DNA of 64,000 bases from Malacoraja senta (Eukaryota): assembly GCA_038087875.1 (NCBI GenBank), contig CM075988.1:24244001-24308000 (forward strand), read 5' to 3'. Of the stretch, positions 1 through 12,383 are shown in pieces; positions within the stretch are counted from its first letter, which is position 1; every line of letters begins with the position of its first letter. The position numbers were made by a program, and so were the translations under genes. The notes beneath the pieces are model-generated. The model saw nothing but the letters and a program-made list of their open reading frames with translations, did no database searches and had not been told where the DNA came from.

Positions 1-258
1 AGCTCCAGCCAGGCGGAAGGTACTCAGTCACAGTCAAAAGCTGCACATTATGTACATAGGTAACACTCCGGGAAATTACTGACCTTCCTTCCAACCAGGG
101 AGAGAAAAAAAAAGAAAAAAGTTCGTCAAATGGAACTAAAATGGGGGAATGGAGTGGCTGGATTAATGCAGCACCAGAGTCAGGATTCTGGAAAGAGTAG
201 AGATCAAATAAAGGACAAATGCACTTTCTTTAAGGAAGAGCACCAATGTAATACTTAA

Positions 259-572
259 AGGTAGACAAAAATGCTGGAGAAACTCAGCGGGTGAGGCAGC
301 ATCTATGGAGCAAAGGAAATAGGCGACGTTTCAGGTCGAGACCCAGAAAGCATCTATGGAGTGAAGGAATAGGCGACGTTTCAGGTCGAGACCCGGAAAG
401 CATCTATGGAGCGAAGGAATAGGTGACGTTTCGGGTCGAGACCCGAAAGGGTCTCGACCCGAAACGTCACCTATTCCTTCGCTCCATAGATGCTGCCTCA
501 CCCGCTGAGTTTCTCCAGCATTTTTGTCTACCTTCGATTGTTCCAGCATCTGCATGCAGTTCCTTCTTAAAC
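259..572. mobile_element. Penelope-derived short palindromic insertion (three tandem ~50-bp units followed by an inverted copy)
   Basis: Matches the 3' UTR of the Penelope element at 55230-55440. Inverted arms fold around gagacccgaaagggtctc. Direct repeat tgtaatacttaa at 247-258 and 575-586 (TSD). Confidence 0.85.
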
Positions 573-844
573 ATTGTAATACTTAAAATATCTCTCTCAA
601 AAATCGGTCAATGAATCTGGTGGCCAGTACAAAATGTGTGCCACAGAATCAGCCAGCAACCACACTCATCTCCGCAACCTCAGCTCCCATGGCTTCAACC
701 AAACCAAATATTTTGAGCTTTAAGAGCTGTCCCACCACATTTAACACTGGCAATCAAAAGGCAAATTTCACCCATTAATACAGACAAAAAACAAACAAAA
801 AATCTGTATCAGTGGGACCACGAGGCAGTGACAAAATGACCTCC

Positions 845-1232
845 TTGGAGGTCAGTAGGATGAGAGGGGATCTTATAGAAAATTCATATATGTTTTGGAC
901 AGGCTAGATGCAGGAATTTTTTTCCAATGTTGGGAGAGTCCAGAAACAGCAGTCAATTGCAGAATAAAGGGTAGGCCATTTAGGACGGAGACACTTTTTC
1001 ACCCAGAGAGTTGTGAATCTGTGGAATTCTCTGCCACAGTGGAGGCCAATTCACTGGATGTTTTCATGAGAAAGTTAGATTTAGCTCTTAGGGCTAACGG
1101 AATCAAGGGATATGGAGATAAAGCAGGAACGGGGTACTGATTTTAGATGATCAGCCATTATCACATTGAATGGAGCTGCTGGCTCGAAGGGCCGAATGGC
1201 CTACTCCTGCACCTATTTTCCTATGTTTCTAT
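845..1232 (+). mobile_element. CR1 LINE 3' fragment
   Basis: Degenerate ORF2 C-terminus (GLDRLDAG...RPFRTE...), 3' stem-loop gggccgaatggcct and tatgtttc-type tail. Confidence 0.9.
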
Positions 1233-2039
1233 GAAGCTTGCTCAGTGATGTCCTCACAGATCATGTCTGTTGGCTGCATTCAAACAGCTGAATCAGTCAT
1301 TAAAACCGTGCTAATTCCCACAATCGTTAGAATCAAAGGAGTTCAAAAGCATTCGGCTTGTGCTCTCCTGCCATTTGATAGCGATAGTGAAAATTTAATA
1401 GACCATATCAACAGCCCGACTGCAAGATAGTCTTTAAAGAGCAAGGTTTGCGTGGTGCTTAACACTCTCGCCAGCAGCCCATCACCACTCTGTGCCAGTG
1501 GCAAAACAGGAACAGCTCTCCACAAATTATCCACGCAAACATTCGCATCCAAATATTGATGTTGCAGGATATCTGAGGCCTATGGAGCAGAAATTAGACC
1601 AATTATCGTGTTGCTTCCAAATCAGTCGAACGCCATTAGGAGACCTGAACTTTCATCCAAACAGCCACGAACTTCCGTAATAAATGGGAACGCTGCCCAG
1701 CAACCAATGAAATGCAGGATAATTACTGCCTTAATGCTTCAAAGCAATTTGTTTGGCAGTCGTGACCAATCTCCTGTTCCCTCCGGTCACTTTATGGAGC
1801 GCCAGTGCGTGGAGTTTAAACGCCTTGATGTTTCTTGGTAAGATCAAGCATCTAATTCACTTGCGCTCCTTGACTCAACGGTTTGATCAAGTAATGGCGT
1901 AACCTTGCAGACATTCGAAGGTAGGGAGCCACAACAGGAACGTGTAAAGCACCAGGGAATTAACAAAACTAATTAAAACATAAATTAAAATCAATCGGCA
2001 CTTGGATTGGATGAACCAAATTCTAATTTTACTTAGTAA

Positions 2040-3186
2040 AATAGTAGCTTAGTAAATTCAAGTTTAGACATAGAATGCAGAAACAGACCCTTTGGCCCAT
2101 CAAGTCCGTGCCGACCAGCGATGCCCGTCACACAAGCACACTTGGACAGGTTGGGGGAGTGGGCAGATGCATGGCAGATGAAGTTTAATGTGGATAAATG
2201 TGAGGTTATCCACTTTGGTAGCAAAAACAGGAAGGCAGATTACTATCTAAATGGCGTCAAGTTGGGAAAAGGGGAAGTACAACGGGATCTGGGGAGTCCT
2301 TGTTCATCAGTCTATGAAAGTAAGCATGCAGGTACAGCAGGCAGTGAAGAAAGCGAATGGCATGTTGCCCTTTATAAAAAGAGGAATCGAATATAGGAGC
2401 AAAGAGGTCCTTCTGCAGTTGTACAGAGCCCTAGTGAGACCACACCTGGAGTTATGTGTGCCGTTTTGGTCCCCTAATTTGAGGAAGGACATTCTTGCTA
2501 TTGAGGGAGTGCAGCGTAGGTTTACAAGGTTAATTCCCGGGATGGCGGGACTGTCATATGCTGAGAGAATGGAGCAGCTGGGCTTGTACACTCTGGAGTT
2601 TAGAAGGATGAGGGGGAATCTTAATGAAACATAAGATTGTTAAGGGTTTGGACACGCTAGAGGCAGGAAACATGTTCCCGATGTTGGGGGAGTCCAGAAC
2701 CAGGGGCCACAGTTTAAGAATAAGGAGTAAGCCATTTAGAACGGAGACGAAGAAACACTTTTTCTCACAGAGAATGGCGAGTCTGTGGAATTCTCTGCCT
2801 CGGAGGGCAGTGGAGGCCGATTCTCTGGATACTTTCAAGAGAGAGCTAGATAGGGCTCTTAAAGATAGTGGAGTCAGGGGATATGGGGAGAAGGCTGGAA
2901 TGGGGTACTGATTGGGGATGATCACATTGAATGGCGGTGCTGGCTCGAAGGGCCGAATGGCCTGCTCCTGCACCTATCGTCTAACACTAGGGACAATTTA
3001 CAATTTTTACCAAAGCCAATTAACCTACAAATCAGCATGCTTTGGAGTGGGAGGAAACCGGAGCACCTAGCGAAAACCCATGGGATCACGGGGAGAACGT
3101 ACAAACTCTGTACAGACAGACAGAATCAAACCCGGGTCTCTTGTGCTGTAGGGCAGCAACTCTACCGCTGCACCACCGTGCCGCCA
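2040..3186 (-). mobile_element. tRNA-derived V-SINE (HE1-like) split by a CR1 insertion
   Basis: SINE tail at ~2040-2130; SINE body and head at ~2980-3186 (ctctaccgctgcaccaccgtgccgcc); CR1 lies between them. Confidence 0.75.
2131..2979 (+). mobile_element. CR1 LINE 3' fragment (ORF2 C-terminus, frameshifted)
   Basis: [43 protein letters not shown] motifs across frames; CR1 3' UTR. Confidence 0.95.
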
Positions 3187-3259
3187 CAAAGCTATAAACC
3201 TTTGTCCAAGAAACACTAGGCACATTACAAATGATAAACTGTGACCATAGGTTTAATAT

Positions 3260-3412
3260 GGGGTCAAGGAAAGAGCATTCACTTTGCAGCCCCGTTTCCA
3301 CCACCACACACAAGAAGCGACAAGACAGACACCACTGTATGCAGATGCCGAGAGGTGTGCTCAGCTCTGGCTGAACAACTTCCAATCTTGTGTGTAGACT
3401 CGATAAGAAGAA
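3260..3412 (+). mobile_element. Ribozyme-headed short retroposon, family B (degenerate copy)
   Basis: Homologous to 22616-22795; ends gataagaagaa; direct repeat tttaatatgg at 3252-3261 and 3416-3425. Confidence 0.85.
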
Positions 3413-3735
3413 ACATTTAATATGGAGTTTAATTTTAACTTGAGGGTTCCTTTCATAGGCTCCACATACAATACAACAGGGTTGGACAAGGTGGTAAGTG
3501 TGACTCAAAGCTGCTGGACCGGTGCAGACACAAGCTGTGAGGTAGTTACTTCACCAGCAATCCAGTTATCACTGGTGTACCAGAGATCAAAGAAAATCCA
3601 CTCAATTATGGATTCTCAATAAGGAAGGGAGAACTATACCAAGTTGGTCAACTGCCAGAGCTCACTACTCACAACATCAGCACTCGCACAAGTCAGGAGT
3701 GTTGCAACCTACAGCATACTTGGTGTTTCCTTAAC

Positions 3736-4032
3736 AGGCAGCGCAGTGGTAGAGCTGCTGCCTCACAGCGCCAGAGACCCAGGTTCAAACTCCAGTACGG
3801 GTGCTGCCTGTGCAGAGTTTGCACGTTCTCCCCGTGACCGTATGCGTTTTCTCCGGTTGACCTGGTTTCCTCCCATGTTCCAAAGACACACAGGTTTGTG
3901 GGTTAATTGGCTTCTGTGAATTTCCCCCAGTGTTGCTTGCAAAAGTGGGGTAACAATAGAACTAGTGTGTGGGTGACCAATAGTCTGCACGGCCCAAAGG
4001 GCCCATTTCCATGCTGTATCTCCAAACTAAAC
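3736..4032 (+). mobile_element. tRNA-derived V-SINE (HE1-like)
   Basis: A-box-like gcgcagtggtagag, B-box ggttcaaactcc, V-domain gtttgcacgttctccccgtg...tccaaagac, tail aaactaaa. Confidence 0.9.
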
Positions 4033-4746
4033 CTGCTTTTTTGTTAAAGCAAATCTTTTCAAAGGTCAATAAAATCTCAAATGCTTCAAGAGAGAGCATA
4101 AAACTGAGCATCATTTGAAATGAAAGCCAAACTCAAACATTCAAAATTCAACAGGTAACAATACAAACAGCAAGAGGCAGCTACTGTATACAGCAGTTTT
4201 AACACAGGAAAAAAAACATTTCCACACCACAGCTAAACTGGAGCTTGGTCAGTGGGAGATTTTAAGGAGAAACTCGAATTGTTTTCCAGTGGATCGTGCT
4301 TTTCTGTCACCAAATCCATTTACCACCTTTGCTTCTCAGTTTTGTTGGATCAGATTACTAAACAGTCACCCGGACCCTAACAATAACAAATACACCCATA
4401 CTTTCCCCAAGGACACTCCAAAGTAGAGACCATTTTGAGGCAGCGACTCTGATAAATCCCTTTGATGGTGAGGAGGTCAGAGCCGGTGATGGACTGGGCA
4501 GTGTTGACAACTTTTTGCAGTGTAGAGTTGAGGGCCTTCCTCCAGACAGCAGGAGTTCGCAGCAGTGTCTCAGCTCCACATATGATGAAAAACCATGGTC
4601 AGGACAAGCAATTGAACATGGGCCTCCACTACACCTCACTGAGCTTCTACCAAACAACCTACCCACATGATATTAAAAAGCTTACACCAGTGCGTATTTT
4701 TCCCTGATATTTTGTGCCCCATCCATTATCGCTCCTGTCCACATTA

Positions 4747-5244
4747 AGGGGCTGTCCCACTTGGGCGACCTAATTAGCGAGTTTAGGAGAGTTTGAAAAA
4801 AATGTCATGTTGAAGACCTCCTTCGAATATGTTGAAGACCAGCTTCGACTAGCTACAACTAACTTCGTAAAATTGGACACCGAATAGTGGAGAGTGAAGA
4901 CGACCTCCTTCGACCTCCCTTTGACTATGATGAAGACCATCTAAGACTACCTTCGACTACCTACGACTAACATGCCGACCTACTACGACTAAACCTACCA
5001 ATTAAAAAAGTGTCGATTTTTTCGATGGCAATCTTTTTTTACTCACGGGAATTTTTCAACGTTGAAAAATACGCCGCGACCTAGCTGAGGCCTTGAGTAC
5101 ACGGGGACTACTCTGGAGCATGAAGGAGAGTTACAAAGACCTCCTAAGACCTCCAAGGACCTCGTGTCGACCATGCTGCGAGTACGAGTCGAGGGCAAAC
5201 CCGCCAGAACTCGCGGATTAGGTCGCCCAAGTGGGACAGCCCCT
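4747..5244. mobile_element. PIF/Harbinger-type MITE
   Basis: 28-bp perfect TIR AGGGGCTGTCCCACTTGGGCGACCTAAT; flanks TTA/TAA; internal cgacc/cgact subrepeats. Confidence 0.85.
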
Positions 5245-6124
5245 TAAATCTGACACGGTGATTCCATCTCCTGCCACGGAGAATACTTTGATGCCTCAGT
5301 TTTGTCATTCTCAGCGCCTTCACTCCAACTAATTTTTCTGCTTTTAAAACTGACCTACATTTTGCTACTTATCAATAATGCATTTACAAATAAAGAAAAA
5401 GTATTCCTTGGCTGCAGGAAACAACTTTCATTCTGGTGAGCTGCCGATTGCCCAAAACCAAAATCTTTAATAAAGTCCAATTATTTTTTGGAACCAACAA
5501 ACACATTGAACACATAAACTTCAGATCTATTTCCATTTGCAATTCACTGCCATATCCAGCATTCACTATTCGGAGTGCAGTCCAAAATTCAATGTTAATG
5601 ATATTTATGATTCCATGTCAACCAGATGCTGGTCTCTATTGTGATTAAGTAATTAATCTGCAATGTCAAATCAGTCCAATAAAAGCAATCTGTACCTTAT
5701 TCAAAGGAGCGCTGCAGCTATTTTCTTCTCCATAACGATACGCATTTTAATAATTAAGCAACTTCAATCAAATTACCCGGTTCAGAGGGGCTAACTTTAA
5801 TGAATAATATAGCGCTTTATGCATTACTTACTATGAAGCAAGACACAAGCAGACTGAGACTGCTTTAGACAATTTTCATTATATGATTAGGACTCTTACA
5901 ATTCTGCCTTGGGGACCTGGTGCGTCAAATGGACCTTTAATTGCGCAGCAGTTTCTAAAGCAATTTAATAAAGCACCAGGCTTGCAGTTTACCTTCTCCG
6001 AAGCTGGCACAATCGAGAGGGGAGCGCCATAACGCATACTGCCCATTCCAGCTCCTGTCAAGGTACTGATGGCCGGTTCACTGCAGCCTTGAGTAAATAC
6101 TGACACGGGTAAACCCTTCACGTT

Positions 6125-6590
6125 CATAAGTTGTAGGAGCAGGATTAAGGGCCTGTCCCACTTTCACGACCTTTTTTACTCGTGGACATTTTTCAACATG
6201 CTAGAAAAAACCGCCCCGATCTACTTGATGCCACGAGTACCTACGACTAGCATCACGGCCCGCTACGTCCTACCTACGACCTCGTGATGACCATGCTGCG
6301 AGTATGAGTCAAGGGCAAACTCGGCAGAGGTCGAGAATTAGGCCGTGAAAGTGGGACAGGCCCTTTAGGCTATTCGCCTGCTCTGGAATTCAATCATGGC
6401 TGATCTATATCTCCCACTCAACCCCAGTCTCCTGCCTTCTCCCCAAAACCCCCGACACCCATACTAACCAAGAATCTCTCAGTCTCCACCTTAAACATAC
6501 CCATTGACGGCCTCCACAGCCTTCCGTGGCAATGAATTCCACAGATTCACCTCCCTCTGACTACAGAAATTCCTCATCATCTCCTATCTA
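6125..6590 (-). mobile_element. CR1 3' fragment interrupted by a Harbinger MITE
   Basis: aatcatggctgatc...cctgccttctcccc...gaattccacagattcacc CR1 motifs on both sides of the MITE. Confidence 0.8.
6148..6364. mobile_element. PIF/Harbinger-type MITE
   Basis: TIR AGGGCCTGTCCCACTTTCACG; TTA/TTA TSD; internal similarity to 4747-5244. Confidence 0.9.
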
Positions 6591-7859
6591 AAAATTGGTG
6601 ATATGTGAAGGCGAGCACCAAAATGCAAGCTGTGTATGGATACCAGTGACTACTGCAAGTAATCTGCAGGAAGGCAATCAGCCAACAATCCTCGAGTGGG
6701 GATCAGACCTGCTCAGTGAGGTGGAGTGGAGGTCCATGCTCAAATGCTCGTCTCAACAATGCTTTTTCATTACATGTGGAACTGAGCAACTGGGGCAAAC
6801 TCCTACTGCCTGGAGGTAGGCCCTCGACTCTCTACCTGTGGCCCCTCATTTCAGTCACTGCATTCGAGGAGGAGAGAAGCAGAGTCCCATTTGAGAGGTG
6901 GGGGACACTCCAAGATATCTGCCCGTTCCTGCATTGCTAATGATACCCACAGCACTCCTGGGCAAATTGTAATGACAACGTCTGGATTTGAAGAACCTCC
7001 AAGATGCATTCCAACTGAAGTCCAGGACACCATCTGGGCAAAGGCTTTGAGAATCGGGCCAAGAGCAGGCATTGGGATGACCATTAATAGGGCGTCATTC
7101 TATTTCCCTGCTGCTGTTCATTAACTTTGCAATACACAGTGATCAGGACTCTCGGTAAACCAACCTCTGCTGAGCGAGCCGACTTCCATTGCAAATAATC
7201 CAAAAAAGCAAAGCCCTCTCGGGTAAATTAGGCTGGCCATTAAACCCAACTGTTGTTAAACGCAGAGATGATAGACAAGAATACATTGCTCTGACTTTGA
7301 CGTCAACTCTAAGATTAGTAAAAGCATCTTACGTCAGGAGTTACAGATCAGATTGGACACCAACCCAGAGGCAATACCCTATCTTCATCCACCCTGTCCA
7401 ACCAGAAGACAAGCCTACAAGAGATGGTTAACTCATGAAAACTGGCCACTATCTCCAAATTCCTTCAAAAGTGAATCCATTTTCTTGTTTCAATCTGTCA
7501 TCTCCCCGAGGTAACTCGAGGTTAAAGGATAACAGGAGCAGACCCGTTAATGACCATTGCAATCCAATTTCACCACTTCCTATTAGCGACTAAATTGAGA
7601 AATCAGCTGCACATCCCGCACTGCACACTTGCAGATAATGAGGCCTTCAATCCATCAATGCAGCCACAGGGACACAGTCAGGACGCTGCAACAGCTGGAG
7701 TTACTGAAGCAAGATATCATATTTGGCAAAAATCAGGAACAACTGCATCAGTCGAATGAAAACAATTCCAACAAAACTCTCGAGTCTGTAAGAAAAAGGT
7801 TTGCTGCTCTACCACAGTAGCAACATCCGACAGATAGATGTGCTCTCTGGCTGCATGTA

Positions 7860-8035
7860 CCACTCACCCTCTTCCCCCCTCAGGCAAGAGGTACAGGAGC
7901 GGGAAAACACACACCTCCAGATTCAGGGACAGTTTCTTCCCAGCTGTTATAGGGCAACTGAACCCCTGACCTACCATCTACTTCATTGAAGACCCTCAGA
8001 CTATCTTTAATGAGACTTTACCTTACACTAAACGT
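7860..8035 (+). mobile_element. Rex1/Babar-type LINE 3' fragment
   Basis: HTSRFRDSFFPAVIGQLN-like frame, similar to 49150-49330. Confidence 0.8.
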
Positions 8036-8305
8036 TTAAGAAAGAACTGAAGATGCTGGAAAAATCGAAGGTAGACAAAATTGCTGGAGAAACTCAGGTG
8101 AGGCAGGATCTATGGAGCAAAGGAATAGGTGACTTTTGGGTCGTGACCCTTCCCAGCTCTCCCACAGCCTACTGTCTTCGCCTCTTCCTTTCTTCTTCCC
8201 GCCCCCCCCCCCCCCATCAGTCTGAAGGGTCTCGACCCGAAACGTCACCTATTCGTTTGCTCCGTAGATGCTGCCTGTCCCGCTGAGTTTCTCCAGCTTT
8301 GTCTA
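8036..8305. mobile_element. Penelope-derived palindromic insertion
   Basis: Inverted arms of the Penelope 3' UTR motif (gctggagaaactcag...ctgagtttctccagc). Confidence 0.8.
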
Positions 8306-8589
8306 AAATCCACATACATGGCACCCACATACACCATAAAAGAGCCGAGCCTCAATGCAGCAAACACCTTCATTTGAACTCTCAGATTCAAGTCAGTCCT
8401 AACTGAGGCATCACTTTTCCCTTAACGTCCTATGATGTTCACTTATTCCTTGATTCCTAATAACGTTCCAGGCAATCCTCAAAGACCAAAATTATTTCTG
8501 GTGCTGGACATTAGAAGCATAACTAAAACATGCTGGAAGAGCCCAGGTCAGTCAGTGGAAAGAGCAACAGTCAACGTTGTGGGTCTACT

Positions 8590-8750
8590 GGACTTTATCT
8601 TGCACTGAATGTTATTTGTGTTATTCCCTTTATCTTGTATCCGTACACTGCGGATGGCACGATTGTAATCTTGTATTGCCTTTCCGCCGACTGGTTAGCA
8701 CATGAAAGCTTTTCACTGTACCTCGGTACACTTGACAATAAACTAAACCT
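8590..8750 (+). mobile_element. Rex1/Babar-type 3' UTR fragment
   Basis: aaagcttttcactgtacctcggtacac.tgacaataaactaaac tail shared with 49300-49470. Confidence 0.75.
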
Positions 8751-8921
8751 TTGCCTGTACATCTGTCCAGTGCTCAGTTCACATCAGGCCCTGCATGGGA
8801 GGAGAGGGAAGTGATGTCAGTCTCACGTCACACAGCCTCTTACAGAGAGAGATGGGGATTTGTTTTCAAGCTTCCAAACATGGTTCACCAGGGAGATGAT
8901 AACATTCCTCACGCCTCAATG

Positions 8922-9120
8922 NNNNNNNNNNNNNNNNNNNNNNNNNNNNNNNNNNNNNNNNNNNNNNNNNNNNNNNNNNNNNNNNNNNNNNNNNNNNNNN
9001 NNNNNNNNNNNNNNNNNNNNNNNNNNNNNNNNNNNNNNNNNNNNNNNNNNNNNNNNNNNNNNNNNNNNNNNNNNNNNNNNNNNNNNNNNNNNNNNNNNNN
9101 NNNNNNNNNNNNNNNNNNNN
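8922..9120. other. Assembly gap
   Basis: Run of N. Confidence 1.
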
Positions 9121-9589
9121 NAAAATGCAAGCAGTTTTTCTTTTCCTTCGTCCACGAGTACTTTTAGTATCCCCAGCCAATGGCCACGTGATGCTCACAC
9201 TGATTAATGGCACTGTGCAATCTCAATACCACGAACTAAAAGAAAACCCTGGGCTTCGGAAGAGAGGGAGGCTTTTCATGGTATCCATGGAGAATATTTG
9301 GTTGAGAAATTTTAAAAAGAAAGACTTGCAGATGCCTAATAATTTTCACAGCAGTCCAATGCATTTTACAGCCAAGAAAACAATTTTTAAAATCATAGCT
9401 ATTGATGTAATTTAGGAAACAGTGCTGCCAATGTGTGCATGATAAGGTTCACAAACAGCAATGTAACAACCACATGATGATCTGCATCCATGAGTTTGAT
9501 GAGGATGAAATATTGACCAAGGCAGTGGGCAGATATCCCAGATCTTCTTTAAACCAGAATCAACGGACTGAATGGCCTTCTACTATGCA

Positions 9590-10025
9590 AGAAGATAGAA
9601 ACAGAGAAACAGTAGCAAATAGATGCAGGAGTAGGCCATTCCGCCCCTTCGAGCCAGCACCACCATTCATATGATCATGGCTGATCATCTAAAATCAGTT
9701 CCCGTTTCTGCTTTCTCCCTATATCCCTTGTCCTAGGAGCTCTATCTAACTCTCTCTTGAAAACATCCAGTGAATTGGCCTCCACTGTCTTCTGTGGCAG
9801 AGAATTCCACGGAATCCACAACTCTATGGCTGAAAAAGTTTTTCCTCATCTCAGTCCTAAATGGCCTACCCCTTATTCTTAAACTGTGACCCCCCCTGGT
9901 TCTAAAATCCCCCAACATCAGGAATATTTTTCCTGCATCTATCCTGTCCAATCCCTGAAGAATGATCACCTCTCATCCTTCTAAATTCCAACGAATACAA
10001 GCCCAGTCGATCCATTCTTTCATCA
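9590..10025 (-). mobile_element. CR1 3' fragment
   Basis: Reverse-strand GLDRIDAG...HSLRIRGRPFRTEMRK and CR1 3' UTR. Confidence 0.9.
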
Positions 10026-10349
10026 AAAGATGTATGAAATATGAAATTGCATGATGAGATCGTCACCACTTGATGGGAGAAAGTGGTATCTCAGCTTAAT
10101 ATCTAATTTAAAAGAATGTCAACGTTAGTTGTTGGATTGGGTTTTGAATCTTCAGTCTCAGAAGTGAGACCGCTACTAGTTGAGCCACAGTCCAAAGCTA
10201 ATCCTGCACACTCGTTATCTAAACATTATAGCTTGGGAATTCATCGCACTAAGTATATTGTGCTGCAATTTTAGCATATTATCTAACTTTTAGTGGATTT
10301 CAGAAAGAAGGCTTAGTGTGTTAACTCTAACAAGGAATACAAACAAGGC

Positions 10350-10960
10350 ATATCAGGCAACTGAATCATCCTACTACAACCAGACAGCAGTGCTGAACTA
10401 CTCTCCACCTCTGATTCTTGACTGGGCTTTGCTGGCTTTACCTTGCACTGAATCTTATTCCCTTATCATGTATCTATACACTGTAAATGGATTGATTGTA
10501 ATCATGTATTGTCTTTCTGCTGACTGGTTAGCACGCAATAAAAAGCTTTTCACTGTACCTCAGTACAATAGACAATAGACAATAGGTACAGGAGTAGGCC
10601 ATTCGGCCCTTCGAGCCAGCACCGCCATTCAATGTGATCACGGGCTGATCATCCCCAATCAGTACCCCGTTCCTGCCTTCTCCCCATATCCCCTGACTCT
10701 GCTGTTTTTAAGAGCCCTATCTAGCTCTCTCTTGAAAGCATCACGAGAACCTGCCTCCACCGCCCTCTGAGGCAGAGAATTCCACAGACTCACCACTCTC
10801 TGTGAGAAAAGTGTTTCCTCGTCTCCGTTCTAAATGGCTTACTCCTTATTCTTAAACTGTGGCCCCTGGTTCTGGACTCCCCAACATCGGGAACATGTTT
10901 CCTGCCTCTAGTGTGTCCAAGCCCTTAACATGTGACAATAAACTAAACTGAACTGAACTG
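10350..10960 (+). mobile_element. Rex1/Babar 3' UTR with a CR1 fragment (minus, ~10565-10930) inserted in its tail
   Basis: Rex1 tail cactgtacctcagtac | tgtgacaataaactaaactgaact is split by a CR1 3' end with (gacaata)n. Confidence 0.8.
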
Positions 10961-11604
10961 AAGTCAAGAATCAACAACCAGGAGTGTTTTCTTGTCATAA
11001 GTCCCAGATCGAACAATTACATTCTTACATTTTGATTTTGCCTTAAGATTTAACCTGCTGTGAATCTAGTAAAGTTTGATTAAAGATAGTCTGAGGGTCT
11101 CCAATTGAGGTAGATAGTAGTTCTGGACTGCTCTCTAGGTGTTGGTAGGATGGTTCAGTTGCCTGATAACAGCTGGGAAGAAACTGTTTAAATGCTTGAA
11201 ATACCAGGTCAGACAGCTTGACGTTCCATTAGGAGAGTTATGATGGCACTAGATTGTGCTTCATGGAGTTAAATGGGCTATTCTGACTTTTCTAAATTGG
11301 CACTGAAATATAATAAAACTTCTGAAGTGCAAGCTTGAAGTGAATACGTACGTTTATATCAATAATCGGGGAAGATAGGCTGAGATCAGAGAAGGATATT
11401 AGGTTAGGATGATTCGGTAGTGTTCTGATTGGACTATCTTTAATCGGACTTTACCTTGCACTAAACATTATTCCCTTTATCCTGTATCTGTACACTGTGG
11501 GTGGCTCGATTGTAATCATGTACTGTCCTTTCCGCCGACAGGTTAGCACGCAACTAAAAGCTTTTCACTGTACCTCGGTACACGTGACAATAAACTAAAC
11601 TGAT

Positions 11605-11972
11605 CAATAGACAACAGACATTAGGTGCAGGAGTAGGCCATTCGGCCCTTCGAGCCAGCACCGCCATTCAATGTGATCATGGCTGATCATCCCCAATCAG
11701 TACCCCGTTCCTGCCTTCTCCCCATATCCCCTGACTCCGCTATTTTTAAGAGCCCTATCTAACTCTCTCTTGAAACCATCCAGAGAACCCGCCTCCCACC
11801 GCCCTCTGAGGCAGAGAATTCCACAGACTCACCATTCTCTGTGAGAAAAGGTGTTTCCTCGTCTCCGTTCTAAATGGCTTACTCCTTATTCTTAAACTGT
11901 GGCCCCTGGTTCTGGACTCCCCCAACATAGGGAACATGTTTCCTGCCTCTGGCGTGTCCAAGCCCTTAACAA
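11605..11972 (-). mobile_element. CR1 3' fragment
   Basis: KGLDTPEAGNMFPMLGESRTRGHSLRIRSKPFRTE on the minus strand; (tattgtc)n tail. Confidence 0.95.
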
Positions 11973-12065
11973 GCTTATCTGTTTCAAGTGGAACTATCAA
12001 GGAAATCAAGCTGACTTGGGTAAAGTCCTCAGCCAGATCTGCATGGAAGGGTCTAACTCAACCCC

Positions 12066-12383
12066 GGGCGGTCACAGTTGCGCAGCGGTAGAGTGCTGCC
12101 TTTACAGCGAATGCAGCGCTGGAGACCCCGCTTCGATCCCGACCACAGGTGCTGTCTGTACGGAGTTTGTACGTTCTCCCGTGACCGTCTGGGTTTCCTC
12201 CGAGATCTTCAGTTCCCTCCCGCACTCCAAAGACGTACAGGTTTGTAGGTAATTGGCTTGGTAAATGTAAAAATTGTCCCTAGTGAGTGGAGGATAGTGT
12301 TAATGTGCGGGGATCGCTGGTCGGCGCGGACCCGGTGGGCCGAAGGGCCTGTCTCCTTGCTGTATCTCTAAACTAAACTAAAC
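12066..12383 (+). mobile_element. V-SINE (HE1-like), full length
   Basis: tRNA-like head, V-domain, gggccgaagggcctg stem-loop, (aaact)n tail. Confidence 0.92.

Noticed and set aside
4800..5000. CRISPR-like or tandem array of cgacc/cgact motifs
   Set aside because: Irregular subterminal repeats inside a MITE, with no repeat-spacer periodicity, in a eukaryotic context.
5990..6085. Candidate minus-strand exon (SEPAISTLTGAGMGSMRYGAPLSIVPASEK)
   Set aside because: No recognisable homology and weak splice signals.
7635..7787. Candidate 153-bp exon (ttgcag...gtaaga, open frame)
   Set aside because: Weak polypyrimidine tract, no recognisable protein and no partner exons.
8751..9213. ORFs spanning the N run (also at 37036-37332)
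   Set aside because: Artefacts of assembly gaps.
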